Below, piece by piece: positions 48,864 through 58,692 of a stretch of DNA of 64,000 bases. The stretch comes from a bacterium (GTDB taxonomy: Bacteria > Zhuqueibacterota > Zhuqueibacteria > Residuimicrobiales > Krinioviventaceae). Within the stretch, counting starts at the first letter, position 1, and every line of letters starts with the position of its first letter. Under the pieces are notes generated by a model, which was not told the DNA's origin, did no database searches, and saw only the letters and a program-made list of their open reading frames with translations. The translations under genes were made by a program, and so were the position numbers. Where the stretch lies: the NCBI GenBank assembly GCA_963693055.1, contig OY843751.1, positions 3,488,001 through 3,552,000 of the forward strand. The letters run 5' to 3'.

Positions 48864-49619
48864 TTAGATAACATTCATAGATAATAAAGATTCTTTTGCG
48901 GCCTGTTGTTCTGCATCCTTTTTAGAATGTCCCTTACCTACTCCTTGTTTTTTACCATCAATTACAGCAGCAACAGTAAAAACCTTGAGATGATCAGGAC
49001 CGTTTTCTTCTTCTATTACGTATCTCGGACCTTTAAGGTTAAAGCTCTGGCAATATTCCTGAAGGATACTTTTGTAATTTTTGTGCTGTCCCTTTTTTAA
49101 TATTTCATCCAGCCGAACCGCAATATGTTTCAAAACAAATCGTTTCGCGTTTTCCAAGCCACCATCAAGATAAATAGCACCAATAATGGCTTCAACCGCA
49201 TCCGAAAGAATGGATTCACGTTTTCTGCCGCCGGAACGTTCTTCCGCTTCGTTCAACAGCATATATTTGCCTAATCCAAAATCCTTACCTACCCGAGACA
49301 ATACCTTGCGATTAACCAACAAAGACTTGTAATTGGTAAGAATTCCTTCTTCCTCATGGGGATATTTGTGGTAAAGATATTCAGTGATAATGAGGCCAAG
49401 CACAGAATCTCCGAGCAATTCTAACCGTTCATTCGATTCGATTCGCTCTTCACCTGTACAGGTTAAATACGATCTGTGCTTAAGCGCTTGGGTCAAAATG
49501 TCGATATTACTAAAATTATGATTTAAACGTACGCAAAGCTCTGATAATGAAACCTGGGAATGTTTTTCAAAACGCTTAATTCTTAGCAGTCTGAAAAACG
49601 ACAAAAAATTACTATTCAT
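48864..49619 (-). CDS. rnc: Ribonuclease III
   Basis: NERLELLGDSVL, DAVEAIIGAIYLDGG, dsRBD; start taken at ATG 49619 just after the fabF stop. Confidence 0.95.
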   Translation of the reverse strand: MNSNFLSFFRLLRIKRFEKHSQVSLSELCVRLNHNFSNIDILTQALKHRSYLTCTGEERIESNERLELLGDSVLGLIITEYLYHKYPHEEEGILTNYKSLLVNRKVLSRVGKDFGLGKYMLLNEAEERSGGRKRESILSDAVEAIIGAIYLDGGLENAKRFVLKHIAVRLDEILKKGQHKNYKSILQEYCQSFNLKGPRYVIEEENGPDHLKVFTVAAVIDGKKQGVGKGHSKKDAEQQAAKESLLSMNVI

Positions 49620-49624
49620 AGAAA

Positions 49625-50869
49625 CTATTCTGCATACTTTTTGAACGCCAGACACACATTATGTCCGCCAAAGCCCAAAGAATTTGACAAAGCAACGTTC
49701 ACTTGTTTTTCCAAAGGTTTATTGGGAACATAGTTTAAATCACAATCGGGGTCCGGAGTTGTATAGTTAATTGTTGGATGTATTATACTGTTTTGTATAG
49801 TCAACAAGGTTGCAATGGCTTCACACGCGCCAGACGCACCCAGTAAATGTCCTATCATAGATTTAGTAGAGCTGACATGCATCTTGTACGCATGTTCACC
49901 AAAACAACTTTTTAATGCAGCTGTTTCAGTTTTGTCGTTCAGTGGTGTAGATGTACCATGAGCATTATAGTAATCTACGGTTTCCGGTTCAATACCACCA
50001 TCGGCCATGGCCAATTTCATGGCACGAACAGAACCTTCACCTCCTGGTGCAGGTTGAGTAATATGATAAGCATCTGCAGTAAAACCAGTACCTGCAATTT
50101 CACCATAAATTTTTGCACCGCGGGCTTTGGCATGTTCCAGTTCTTCAAGTAAAAGAATTGCGCCACCTTCACCCATTACAAAACCATCTCGTTCAAGATC
50201 GAAAGGACGGCTTGCAATTTCTGGTGCCTCATTTCTTGTTGAAATCGCTTTTGCGGAATTGAATCCTGCAATTCCCATCTTGTTTATGGGTGCCTCACTA
50301 CCACCAGCCAATACCGCATCCGCTTTTCCATAACGAATGTGATGAAAAGCTTCACCTATCGCGTGTGAAGAAGATGCACACGCAGAAATTGTAGAATAAT
50401 TTACTCCTTTAAGACCATACAACATGGATATGTAACCAGGGGCTATATCTGCTATCAGCATGGGAATAAATAAGGGACTAACCTTACGGGGGCCGCCTTC
50501 TAACAATTTTTTGCATTCCTGTTCATAAGTGATCATACCTCCAATACCTGAAGATACAATAACACCAATGCGTTCTCTGTCCGTTGATTCAAAATCAATA
50601 CCGGAATCTTTGACTGCATCAATTGCAGAAGCCATGGCAAAATGGGTAAAACGGTCCATTCTGCGCGCTTCTCTTTTCTCAATATAATTGGTTATATCAA
50701 AATCTTTAACTTCAGCGGCAAATTTTGTTTTAAAATCTGTTGCGTCAAAAAGAGTAATAGGGCCGACTCCACTTTTTCCTGCTATCAGATTTTTCCAATA
50801 CTCTTCGAGGTTTTGCCCTAAGGGATTAATCGTACCCATTCCGGTTACGACTACTCTTTTTAATTCCAT
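49625..50869 (-). CDS. fabF: Beta-ketoacyl-ACP synthase II
   Basis: RVVVTGMG, SACASS, NAHGTST, SSTKSMIGHLLGA, SNSLGFGG. Confidence 0.97.
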   Translation of the reverse strand: MELKRVVVTGMGTINPLGQNLEEYWKNLIAGKSGVGPITLFDATDFKTKFAAEVKDFDITNYIEKREARRMDRFTHFAMASAIDAVKDSGIDFESTDRERIGVIVSSGIGGMITYEQECKKLLEGGPRKVSPLFIPMLIADIAPGYISMLYGLKGVNYSTISACASSSHAIGEAFHHIRYGKADAVLAGGSEAPINKMGIAGFNSAKAISTRNEAPEIASRPFDLERDGFVMGEGGAILLLEELEHAKARGAKIYGEIAGTGFTADAYHITQPAPGGEGSVRAMKLAMADGGIEPETVDYYNAHGTSTPLNDKTETAALKSCFGEHAYKMHVSSTKSMIGHLLGASGACEAIATLLTIQNSIIHPTINYTTPDPDCDLNYVPNKPLEKQVNVALSNSLGFGGHNVCLAFKKYAE

Positions 50870-50919
50870 ATTTTCCTCACTAATTGTGTTACTTTAAGTA
50901 ACTATTGAGATAATGATTG

Positions 50920-50954
50920 ACAACAACGGGGTATAAATATACCACCGTTGTTGT
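50920..50954 (-). terminator. Stem-loop between acpP and fabF
   Basis: acaacaacggggtata...tataccaccgttgttgt. Confidence 0.6.
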
Positions 50955-50967
50955 TAAATAATCATCT

Positions 50968-51204
50968 CTAACTTTCCAGATTTGCTTTAAGGTATTTGAG
51001 TGCATCACCAACGCTGGTCAGTTTTTCAGCTTCTTCATCGGGGATTTCAAGGCCAAATTCTTCTTCAAATGCCATAACTAATTCTACAGTATCCAAAGAA
51101 TCTGCACCCAAATCATCAATAAAAGATGCTTCCGGGGTAACTTCACTTGCGTCAACACCCAACTGCTCAACGATGATTTCTTTTACCTTATCTTCTACAG
51201 CCAT
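50968..51204 (-). CDS. acpP: Acyl carrier protein
   Basis: [20 protein letters not shown]. Confidence 0.98.
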   Translation of the reverse strand: MAVEDKVKEIIVEQLGVDASEVTPEASFIDDLGADSLDTVELVMAFEEEFGLEIPDEEAEKLTSVGDALKYLKANLES

Positions 51205-51244
51205 TTTTTCCTCCTGAATTAGGGTTTATTTCGTATTAACTTGT

Positions 51245-51988
51245 TTACATGACCATGCCGCCATCAACATTGATCACCTGCCCGGTTACATAATCTGACA
51301 TTGGGCTGGATAAAAACAATGTGATGTTGGCAACATCTTCCGGGGTTCCCGGTCTTTTTAAAGGGATTACGTTTAAAAATGCTTCTTTTGCTGCATCTGA
51401 AAGCACATGGGTCATTTCGGTTTCAATATAACCCGGTGCAATGGCATTCACTTGAATATTTCTTGAACCAAATTCTTTTGCAACAGATTTGGTTAATCCA
51501 ATAACACCAGCTTTTGATGCTGAATAGTTTGCCTGTCCGGCATTACCTATAACACCTACAACTGATGCCATGTTTATAATCTTTCCGGATCTCTGTTTCA
51601 TCAAAGGTTTGGTAGCAGCCTTGATGCAGTTAAAAGTACCTTTAAGGTTTACCTCAATTACAGAATCCCATGAGGCTTCATCCATACGCATTATGAGATT
51701 ATCACGAGTAATTCCGGCGTTGTTTACCAGAATATCAAATTTACCAAAAGCATCGATAGATTGTTTTACAAGTTCTTCTGCATCTTCCAAATTTGCGACA
51801 TTGGTTTTTACAGCTATTGCTTTTTGTCCCGTTGCTTCTATCTCTTTTACACAGGCTTTAGCGCCATCCAAATCAATATCAGACACGACAATATCGCAGC
51901 CTTCAGATGCAAGCTTGAGACATATAGATTTTCCTATACCTCTTGCACCACCTGTAACAATGGCTACTTTATTTTCCAATTGTTTCAC
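51245..51988 (-). CDS. fabG: 3-oxoacyl-ACP reductase
   Basis: TGGARGIG, NNAGITRD, NYSASKAG. Confidence 0.97.
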   Translation of the reverse strand: MKQLENKVAIVTGGARGIGKSICLKLASEGCDIVVSDIDLDGAKACVKEIEATGQKAIAVKTNVANLEDAEELVKQSIDAFGKFDILVNNAGITRDNLIMRMDEASWDSVIEVNLKGTFNCIKAATKPLMKQRSGKIINMASVVGVIGNAGQANYSASKAGVIGLTKSVAKEFGSRNIQVNAIAPGYIETEMTHVLSDAAKEAFLNVIPLKRPGTPEDVANITLFLSSPMSDYVTGQVINVDGGMVM

Positions 51989-51991
51989 GAT

Positions 51992-52915
51992 TTATTCCTC
52001 TTGTGCTTGTATTTGTTCTAAACTGCTTATAGTAACGGTTGATAGTTTACGATCAATTCGTCTGTTCAAACCGGTTAATACATTACCAGGGCCAACTTCA
52101 TAAAAGGTTTCAGCACCATTTAAGGCCATTGCCTGAATGGTTTGGGTCCATAACACCGGACTAGACAGTTGGCTGGCTAATAATTTTCTAATTTCAGTTA
52201 CATCGCTGGCTTTTTTTGCAGTGACATTCGAGTAAAGATCAATCTGAGGTTCTCTCAAGTCCACAGCATCCAGTTTCTGATTAAATTCAGCCAGAGCCGG
52301 TTCCATTAGTGGTGAATGAAACGCACCACTTACCTTAAGTTCAATAGCTCGTTTGGCGCCATTTTCCTGAGAGAGCTGTATAGCTGCCTGCACACCTTCA
52401 ATTGTACCGGAAATAACAACCTGCCCCGGAGAATTGTAATTCGCTACTCCAACAACACCTTTATCGGATGCATGTTTACAAACAGATTCAACCTGTTTAG
52501 TATCCATACCTATTATGGCAGCCATTGTACCTTTTTGATAATTAGATGCGTCTTGCATCAATGTGCCACGTTTTTGAACAATTTCCAAACCACTTTTAAA
52601 ATCAAGTGAACCTGCAGCAGCCAGTGCCGAGAACTCACCCAAACTGTGTCCCGCAACCATACTGGGTTTAACATTTCGTTCAGCTAAAAGCTCAAACATA
52701 ATAAAACTATTAACAAAAATTGCCGGTTGCGTAAAGCTGGTGGTATTTAATTGATCTTCCGGCCCATTGAAACACAATTCAGCCAGATCATAACCTAAAA
52801 TATCGTTTGCCTGTTGAAAGCGTGTACGAACGGATTCGAATGTATTATACACATCCTGTCCCATTCCAACAAACTGGGAACCTTGTCCCGGAAATATAAA
52901 AGCTAAATTACTCAA
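51992..52915 (-). CDS. fabD: Malonyl-CoA:ACP transacylase
   Basis: FPGQGSQ, GHSLGE, SGAFHS; TTG start overlapping the upstream TGA. Confidence 0.96.
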   Translation of the reverse strand: MSNLAFIFPGQGSQFVGMGQDVYNTFESVRTRFQQANDILGYDLAELCFNGPEDQLNTTSFTQPAIFVNSFIMFELLAERNVKPSMVAGHSLGEFSALAAAGSLDFKSGLEIVQKRGTLMQDASNYQKGTMAAIIGMDTKQVESVCKHASDKGVVGVANYNSPGQVVISGTIEGVQAAIQLSQENGAKRAIELKVSGAFHSPLMEPALAEFNQKLDAVDLREPQIDLYSNVTAKKASDVTEIRKLLASQLSSPVLWTQTIQAMALNGAETFYEVGPGNVLTGLNRRIDRKLSTVTISSLEQIQAQEE

Positions 52916-53934
52916 AGAGAACCACCTACCTGTTGTCTAAGCTTTTCTCGCTCTAACCGAAGTTCTTTGATATGTGCCAAGGCTTGAAAATACAAGTTTT
53001 TATTTTTCAATGCAATTGCTTTTTGAAACTCTTTTTCAGCGCTATCAAAATCGCCAACTACCTGAAATGCAAGCCCTAAATTGTAATGCGCTTTGGGGTC
53101 TTGAGGAGTTTGTTTCACTGCTGCTTTAAAAGCATCAAGCGCCTCATCCCATAATCCATTTTTAGCATATTGCACACCTACTTTGACCATGCCTTTACCA
53201 TCTTCAAGCTGATGTTTTTCCTGAACCAGGTGGGGTGCAATCTGGTGAGCAAATTCTTTAACCATTTCTGACATTAGATCATTTAAAATAGCATCACGGG
53301 CTTTTAAATCTCCACGACCGTTAACAATTTTACCGCTGTTAAAAGATTCACTTTTAGCATTAGAAGCTAATAGTTCTCCGGTTTCGACATTTACCATTCG
53401 AAAGGTAACTGCTGCGGTACCGCGTCTTATCTTGTATTCCTGATCAACCAGAACAGTTTTTGTAATTTCTTCTCTTACTTTTTTATTATTTTTAGTAACC
53501 ACACGGTATTTTCCGGTGCCTACTTTTTTCTGTACTTTTTCTCTACCAACCTCATCGGGTTCTACACGGTATGTTACAATATCTCCAAAGATCAATCCAT
53601 CTACACCCAACAACTGACCAACCTGACGTGCTGTAGATTCGTCTATCACACCGGTCATGGCAAGTTCATGTTCTTTTAATATTTGATCTACTTTGCTCCG
53701 TTCAAATATTTGAAAAAACTTGCTGTTCAACAACTCTGATGTAAGCATGCTGGAAGCAAGAGTGCCTGAATTTTCAGGGCCTGAGAAATCGAGAATTGCT
53801 ATTTTTTTAATTCCCTTGATATCAATTTCTGCGGGTTTATAAACAGGCAGGTTTACAACGGTTGGAGCACAGCCGGTGAGAAACAATAAAATTGAAAAAA
53901 ATAAAATAAAAACAGATTTTACCTTCATAATCAT
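52912..53934 (-). CDS. CsgG/HfaB-like lipoprotein with C-terminal TPR
   Basis: Lipobox LTGC; KIAILDF, ERSKVDQILKE, VGQLLGVDGLIFGDI, RMVNVETGELL; TPR AHYNLGLA. Confidence 0.75.
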   Translation of the reverse strand: MIMKVKSVFILFFSILLFLTGCAPTVVNLPVYKPAEIDIKGIKKIAILDFSGPENSGTLASSMLTSELLNSKFFQIFERSKVDQILKEHELAMTGVIDESTARQVGQLLGVDGLIFGDIVTYRVEPDEVGREKVQKKVGTGKYRVVTKNNKKVREEITKTVLVDQEYKIRRGTAAVTFRMVNVETGELLASNAKSESFNSGKIVNGRGDLKARDAILNDLMSEMVKEFAHQIAPHLVQEKHQLEDGKGMVKVGVQYAKNGLWDEALDAFKAAVKQTPQDPKAHYNLGLAFQVVGDFDSAEKEFQKAIALKNKNLYFQALAHIKELRLEREKLRQQVGGSL

Positions 53935-53947
53935 ATTCCTGAATTCA

Positions 53948-54934
53948 TTACAGAATTAATGCAGCAGAGCCCCATGTAAATCCGGCGCCAAATGCTACAA
54001 GAACAACAGTTTCGTTTTCTTTTAAACGGCCGGTTTTGACTGCTTCATCCAGTGCAAGAGGAATAGATGCTGCGGATGTGTTACCGTAATTGTTCACATT
54101 CACAAAAACTTTTTCAGAAGGTAGATTGATCCGTTTGGCTGTTGCGTCTATAATACGCAGGTTTGCCTGGTGAGAAATTAGTAAATGTACATCATCGGAT
54201 GTAATACCGGATTCTTTGATAACCTTGACAGCGGCGTCACCCATGGATGTCACTGCATATTTAAAAACTTCTCTGCCAGCCATCTGAACATAAAACATTT
54301 TATCATCAATATTCTTTTGGGTGGGTAAATTTTTAGTCCCAAAACCGGGAATGTGCAGCAAATTATGCAAGCTACCATCGCTATATGTCAAAGTTTTTAG
54401 CAAACCGCGTTCACCATCAGAAGGTCTCAGGATAGCAGCACCGGCACCATCACCAAAAAGAACGCAGGTTGTACGGTCAGTATAATCTGTAACACGAGAA
54501 AGCAATTCCGCGCCAATGACCAAAATATTTTCAGCTTTTTCAGCCCGAATCAAAGTATCAGCAAGTTCCAATGCATAAATAAATCCGGTACATGCTGCTG
54601 ATATATCAAAAGCAGTAGCATTTACAGCATTTATTTTCTGCTGAACAAAACAGGCAGTAGATGGAAAACCAACATCACCTGTAATGGAAGCCATAATGAT
54701 ATAATCTAATTCACTTGCATCCATGCCTGCACTTTTTAAAGCATTTTGTGCAGCTTCGGCAGCCAGATCAGATGTATTTTGTCCGTCTGCTGCTATATGC
54801 CTCTTTTCTATTCCGGTACGAGTGCGAATCCACTCATCCGTAGTATCAACAATCTTCTCAAGATCAAAATTTGTAAGCACTTTTTCAGGAACGGCTGAAC
54901 CTGTTCCAACAATCATTGATTTTGGTTGTACCAA
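53948..54934 (-). CDS. fabH: Beta-ketoacyl-ACP synthase III
   Basis: AACTGF, LFGDGAGA, HQANLRII, GNTSAASIP. Confidence 0.97.
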   Translation of the reverse strand: MVQPKSMIVGTGSAVPEKVLTNFDLEKIVDTTDEWIRTRTGIEKRHIAADGQNTSDLAAEAAQNALKSAGMDASELDYIIMASITGDVGFPSTACFVQQKINAVNATAFDISAACTGFIYALELADTLIRAEKAENILVIGAELLSRVTDYTDRTTCVLFGDGAGAAILRPSDGERGLLKTLTYSDGSLHNLLHIPGFGTKNLPTQKNIDDKMFYVQMAGREVFKYAVTSMGDAAVKVIKESGITSDDVHLLISHQANLRIIDATAKRINLPSEKVFVNVNNYGNTSAASIPLALDEAVKTGRLKENETVVLVAFGAGFTWGSAALIL

Positions 54935-54971
54935 TTATTAACTCCGTTCATAGTTAGCTGACCGATTTACA

Positions 54972-56015
54972 TCAATTTTCTACAGTACTGCTGTCAAGTG
55001 ATTCCATCTTTTGCTTAATATGATAGTTTACGTTTTCCACAACCATCTTGTTTGCCGCAATTATCGCGTTTTTTATGGCATGCGGTGTAGATTTTCCATG
55101 AGCAATAATACAGCACCCGTCAACACCAAGTAATGGGGCGCCGCCGTATTCCTGATAATCAAATGCTTTTTTAATTCCATCAAATGTGGGCTTCATCAAC
55201 AAAGCACCAATTTGAGAAAAAAAGTATTTTCTCACAAAGCGTTTAATACTCACTTTGAACAATCCGAACAAGCTTTCCGCAACTTTGAGAATTACATTTC
55301 CAACAAAACCATCACAAACGACGACATTTGTTTTACCGCGAAAAATATCACCGCCTTCAACATTGCCAACAAAATTAAGAGAGCTTTGCTGAAACAGTTC
55401 ATTGGCTTTAATTACAGCCTCATTGCCCTTGGAATTTTCATGACCGACACTTAACAATCCTACAGTAGTATCTTCTTTGGCAAAGATATGAGAATAATAA
55501 ACTTCACCCATAATACCAAATTGTAAAAGGTCAAGTGGACGGCAATCTACATTTGCACCCATATCGGTCAACATTACCGGGCCTTTTTCAGAAGGCAGTA
55601 AAGTTCCAATTGCCGGACGCCGTATACCTTTTATTCGTTTCAATCCAAACAAAGCCGAAGCCATAACAGCACCGGTATTACCAGCACTTACAAACGCATC
55701 AACCTCACCTTCTTTCAGCATCTTGATACCGACCGCTATGGATGAATCTTTTTTTCTTAAAGCGCTAGAAGGTTGTTCATCCATTAAAACAGTTTCGGAA
55801 GCATGCACAATTTCCAGAGGCAAGTTCTGTGTATGAAAATGATGAGAGATTTCCTCTTCAATCTTTTCTTTATCACCCACCAGAACTACGGTATACTGTC
55901 CCTTTGAAGCACGAGCAGCCTCTATACCACCATGAACAACATCATGGGGAGCATTGTCACCTCCCATTGCATCAAGGACGATTTTATTCAAATCAAACTC
56001 CAATTGTTTTTCCAA
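54972..56015 (-). CDS. plsX: Phosphate acyltransferase
   Basis: DAMGGDNAP, SAGNTGA, VCDGFVGN, GGAPLLG, HGKS; exact start uncertain. Confidence 0.96.
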   Translation of the reverse strand: MEKQLEFDLNKIVLDAMGGDNAPHDVVHGGIEAARASKGQYTVVLVGDKEKIEEEISHHFHTQNLPLEIVHASETVLMDEQPSSALRKKDSSIAVGIKMLKEGEVDAFVSAGNTGAVMASALFGLKRIKGIRRPAIGTLLPSEKGPVMLTDMGANVDCRPLDLLQFGIMGEVYYSHIFAKEDTTVGLLSVGHENSKGNEAVIKANELFQQSSLNFVGNVEGGDIFRGKTNVVVCDGFVGNVILKVAESLFGLFKVSIKRFVRKYFFSQIGALLMKPTFDGIKKAFDYQEYGGAPLLGVDGCCIIAHGKSTPHAIKNAIIAANKMVVENVNYHIKQKMESLDSSTVEN

Positions 56016-56073
56016 AAAACATTTAAATGCAATAAAATAATGTCAATTGTACATATACTGAAAGGGTTGATCA

Positions 56074-56256
56074 TTATGATTCTCTTGGAAGAAATATCGA
56101 ACGGCCTTTGTAAAAACCACAATTAGGACACGCACGATGCGGCAGCTTGGGCTGGTGACAATTTGAACATTCTGTAACGGTAGGAGCTGCAGATTTCCAG
56201 TTTGCTCTGCGTTTATCACGACGTGATTTCGACTGTCTTCTTTTAGGTAATGCCAT
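56074..56256 (-). CDS. rpmF: 50S ribosomal protein L32 (zinc-ribbon type)
   Basis: MALPKRRQSKSRRDKRR, CSNC...PHRACPNCG.Y. Confidence 0.97.
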   Translation of the reverse strand: MALPKRRQSKSRRDKRRANWKSAAPTVTECSNCHQPKLPHRACPNCGFYKGRSIFLPRES

Positions 56257-56273
56257 TTTATCCTCGTTAATGT

Positions 56274-56780
56274 TTAAGAGTTAAATTTAATATTTTTCAG
56301 GGCTTCCCAACGCGGATCAATTGTATCTGATTTACAATCACAAGTTCCTGCATTGAGATTCTTGCCGCACTTGCTGCACAGCCCTTTACAACTTTCATCA
56401 CAAACATGTTTATACGGAACCGCTATCAACAATGCCTGCCTTACAGATTCCGAAACATCTATAATATTTGAAGAATCAACAATAGGATAGACATCATCTT
56501 CACTCTCATTGTAAATATCCGCATTGGGAGTAAAGATAATATCAATCTCTTCATCAACATCATATTGAAAAGGTTCTAAACAGCGGTCACATTCCAACAT
56601 GGCATTGGTTACAAGGTGTGTTTTTAAAAAATACTCTGTTCCAACCTTGTTGATATTAAATTCAATATTAATATCTTTGCTAAACTCTTTATTTTCTTCA
56701 AGACCTAATTCTTCGGCCGTGACTGTCCTTTTATCAGAAGTAATATTATCTGAAAAAACGGATATATCTAACTTTAACAC
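56274..56780 (-). CDS. yceD: DUF177/YceD family protein
   Basis: CDRCL, C.ESCKGLC..CG.NLN, DPRWEAL; upstream of rpmF. Confidence 0.92.
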   Translation of the reverse strand: MLKLDISVFSDNITSDKRTVTAEELGLEENKEFSKDINIEFNINKVGTEYFLKTHLVTNAMLECDRCLEPFQYDVDEEIDIIFTPNADIYNESEDDVYPIVDSSNIIDVSESVRQALLIAVPYKHVCDESCKGLCSKCGKNLNAGTCDCKSDTIDPRWEALKNIKFNS

Positions 56781-56869
56781 GAGCTTAAATTCTCCAAATC
56801 AGTCACAAATTTAGCAAAACAAGTTCTAATAGTCAAGGTAAAATTTTTAAATCTGAATTTAATTCACAA

Positions 56870-57283
56870 TCACAAAACTTCAGATGTACTGAAAAAGAAA
56901 GATATCTCTTTTTCTGCATTTTCAGGCGAGTCTGAACCGTGAACAACATTGCGTCTTGTATTTTCGGCAAATTCCTTACGAATAGTACCCTCGGCAGCTT
57001 TATCAGGATCCGTGCTTCCCATGAGTTTGCGGTAATCTTGCACCGCGTCATCTTTTTCCAGCACAAGTAATATACTGGGCCCTTCTGTCATAAAATCAAT
57101 CAATGGTTCATAAAAAGGACGCCCTTTATGAACACTATAGAACGCTTCAGCTACAGCTTTGGTCATTTTTGTCATTTTACAGGCAATCACTTTAAAACCT
57201 GCCGCCTCAATTTTGGCGATAATTTTTCCACTATGTCCCTGCTCTACTCCATCCGGCTTTAAAATAGCTAATGTACGCTCCAT
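56870..57283 (-). CDS. ndk: Nucleoside diphosphate kinase
   Basis: ERTLAILKPD, GTIR, NVVHGSDS. Confidence 0.97.
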   Translation of the reverse strand: MERTLAILKPDGVEQGHSGKIIAKIEAAGFKVIACKMTKMTKAVAEAFYSVHKGRPFYEPLIDFMTEGPSILLVLEKDDAVQDYRKLMGSTDPDKAAEGTIRKEFAENTRRNVVHGSDSPENAEKEISFFFSTSEVL

Positions 57284-57315
57284 AATATGGTTCTCCTTTT
57301 ATAACAAGTACGGGT

Positions 57316-57864
57316 TTACAGTTTTTCTCCTTCTTCAAGACCAACTTGAAAAGCTTTAAAATTAAGCTCTTCAGTGCCTTTGGGCACTCTGGCTTCTATT
57401 GCCTGTCGAAGGGCATCCTGTGAAACAATCTTGGATACATTTGCAATAATCCCCAACGCAACAATATTTGCAACAAGGGAACGCCCCACTTTTTCAGTAG
57501 CTAAACGAATGATTGGCGCCTTGATCACTTTGAATCCAGGTTTTTCACCGGGATTCACAGCATCCTGATCAATTATTACAACACCCTCCTTTTTAACATC
57601 ATGACTGTATTTATCAAAAGATTCCTGCGTTAATGCCAGCAGCAAATCAATATTTACAGCCTTGGGGTAATCAATATCGCCATCAGAAATAATAACTTCT
57701 GAACGACTTGCGCCGCCACGGGCCTCGGGACCATAAGATTGACTTTGTGTAGCATTCAACTCATCATAAATGGCTGCTGCTTCTGCAAGAATCTTACCGG
57801 CCAATACCAATCCTTGGCCTCCCTCACCACTTAAACGGACCTCATAGCGAAAACTCATAACCAT
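57316..57864 (-). CDS. korC: 2-oxoacid:ferredoxin oxidoreductase gamma subunit
   Basis: SGEGGQG, QSYGPEARGGAS. Confidence 0.88.
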   Translation of the reverse strand: MVMSFRYEVRLSGEGGQGLVLAGKILAEAAAIYDELNATQSQSYGPEARGGASRSEVIISDGDIDYPKAVNIDLLLALTQESFDKYSHDVKKEGVVIIDQDAVNPGEKPGFKVIKAPIIRLATEKVGRSLVANIVALGIIANVSKIVSQDALRQAIEARVPKGTEELNFKAFQVGLEEGEKL

Positions 57865-57882
57865 TGCTCCAAATATTTAATA

Positions 57883-58692
57883 CTATTTATTGTATTGATC
57901 AATAATTTTTTGATATTCTTCACGAAATTCGGGTTTTTCTTCATCAACAAAAATACCCGTAACAATTTTTTCAGCAAGTTCAGCGGGCAACAACTTTTCA
58001 GCCTTTAAAACCGGAATACTGTCAACCTTTTGTTTTTTGAGCATTTCCACGCCATTACCCATCTTGTTTCTGCGTCCATATGTGGTTGGGCAAGGTGTCA
58101 TAACTTCTACAACAGAAAATCCTTTTGTATCAATAGCTTTGGATATATACTTTTCAACCTGCACAGGATTTGCCACCGTTGTTCTTGCAACAAATGAAGC
58201 GCCGGCAGCTTTGGCCAATCCACTAATATTAAAATTATTCTCAGTATTGCCCAATGGTGCAGTACTCGCTTTTCTTCCTGCCGGGGTAGTTGGTGATACC
58301 TGACCACCTGTCATGCCATAAATCTGGTTATTGAACAAAACTACAGTCAAATCTATATTTCTGCGTGCCGCATGGATGTAATGATTTCCACCAATAGAGG
58401 TTGCATCACCATCACCAGTAACAACGATCACATGCAAATGCGGTTTTGCCAGTTTTATACCCGTAGCATAAGTTAATGCACGACCATGGGTTGTGTGCAG
58501 CGTATTAAAATCTACATAACCGGTTAAACGGCTTGAACAACCAATTCCGGAAACCATCACCACTTCATCTTTGTCAAAACCACTTTTATGAACCGCCCGT
58601 ATCAATGATTTGAGTACAATACCATCGCCACACCCAGGACACCAGATTAACGGCAATTTTGATGAACGTAAATAATAATCATAATCAAACAC
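57883..58692 (-). CDS. korB: 2-oxoacid:ferredoxin oxidoreductase beta subunit (TPP-binding)
   Basis: WCPGCG, SGIGCS, TGDGD..SIGGNH, YGMTGGQ; GTG start at 58692 overlapping the korA stop. Confidence 0.9.
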   Translation of the reverse strand: MFDYDYYLRSSKLPLIWCPGCGDGIVLKSLIRAVHKSGFDKDEVVMVSGIGCSSRLTGYVDFNTLHTTHGRALTYATGIKLAKPHLHVIVVTGDGDATSIGGNHYIHAARRNIDLTVVLFNNQIYGMTGGQVSPTTPAGRKASTAPLGNTENNFNISGLAKAAGASFVARTTVANPVQVEKYISKAIDTKGFSVVEVMTPCPTTYGRRNKMGNGVEMLKKQKVDSIPVLKAEKLLPAELAEKIVTGIFVDEEKPEFREEYQKIIDQYNK

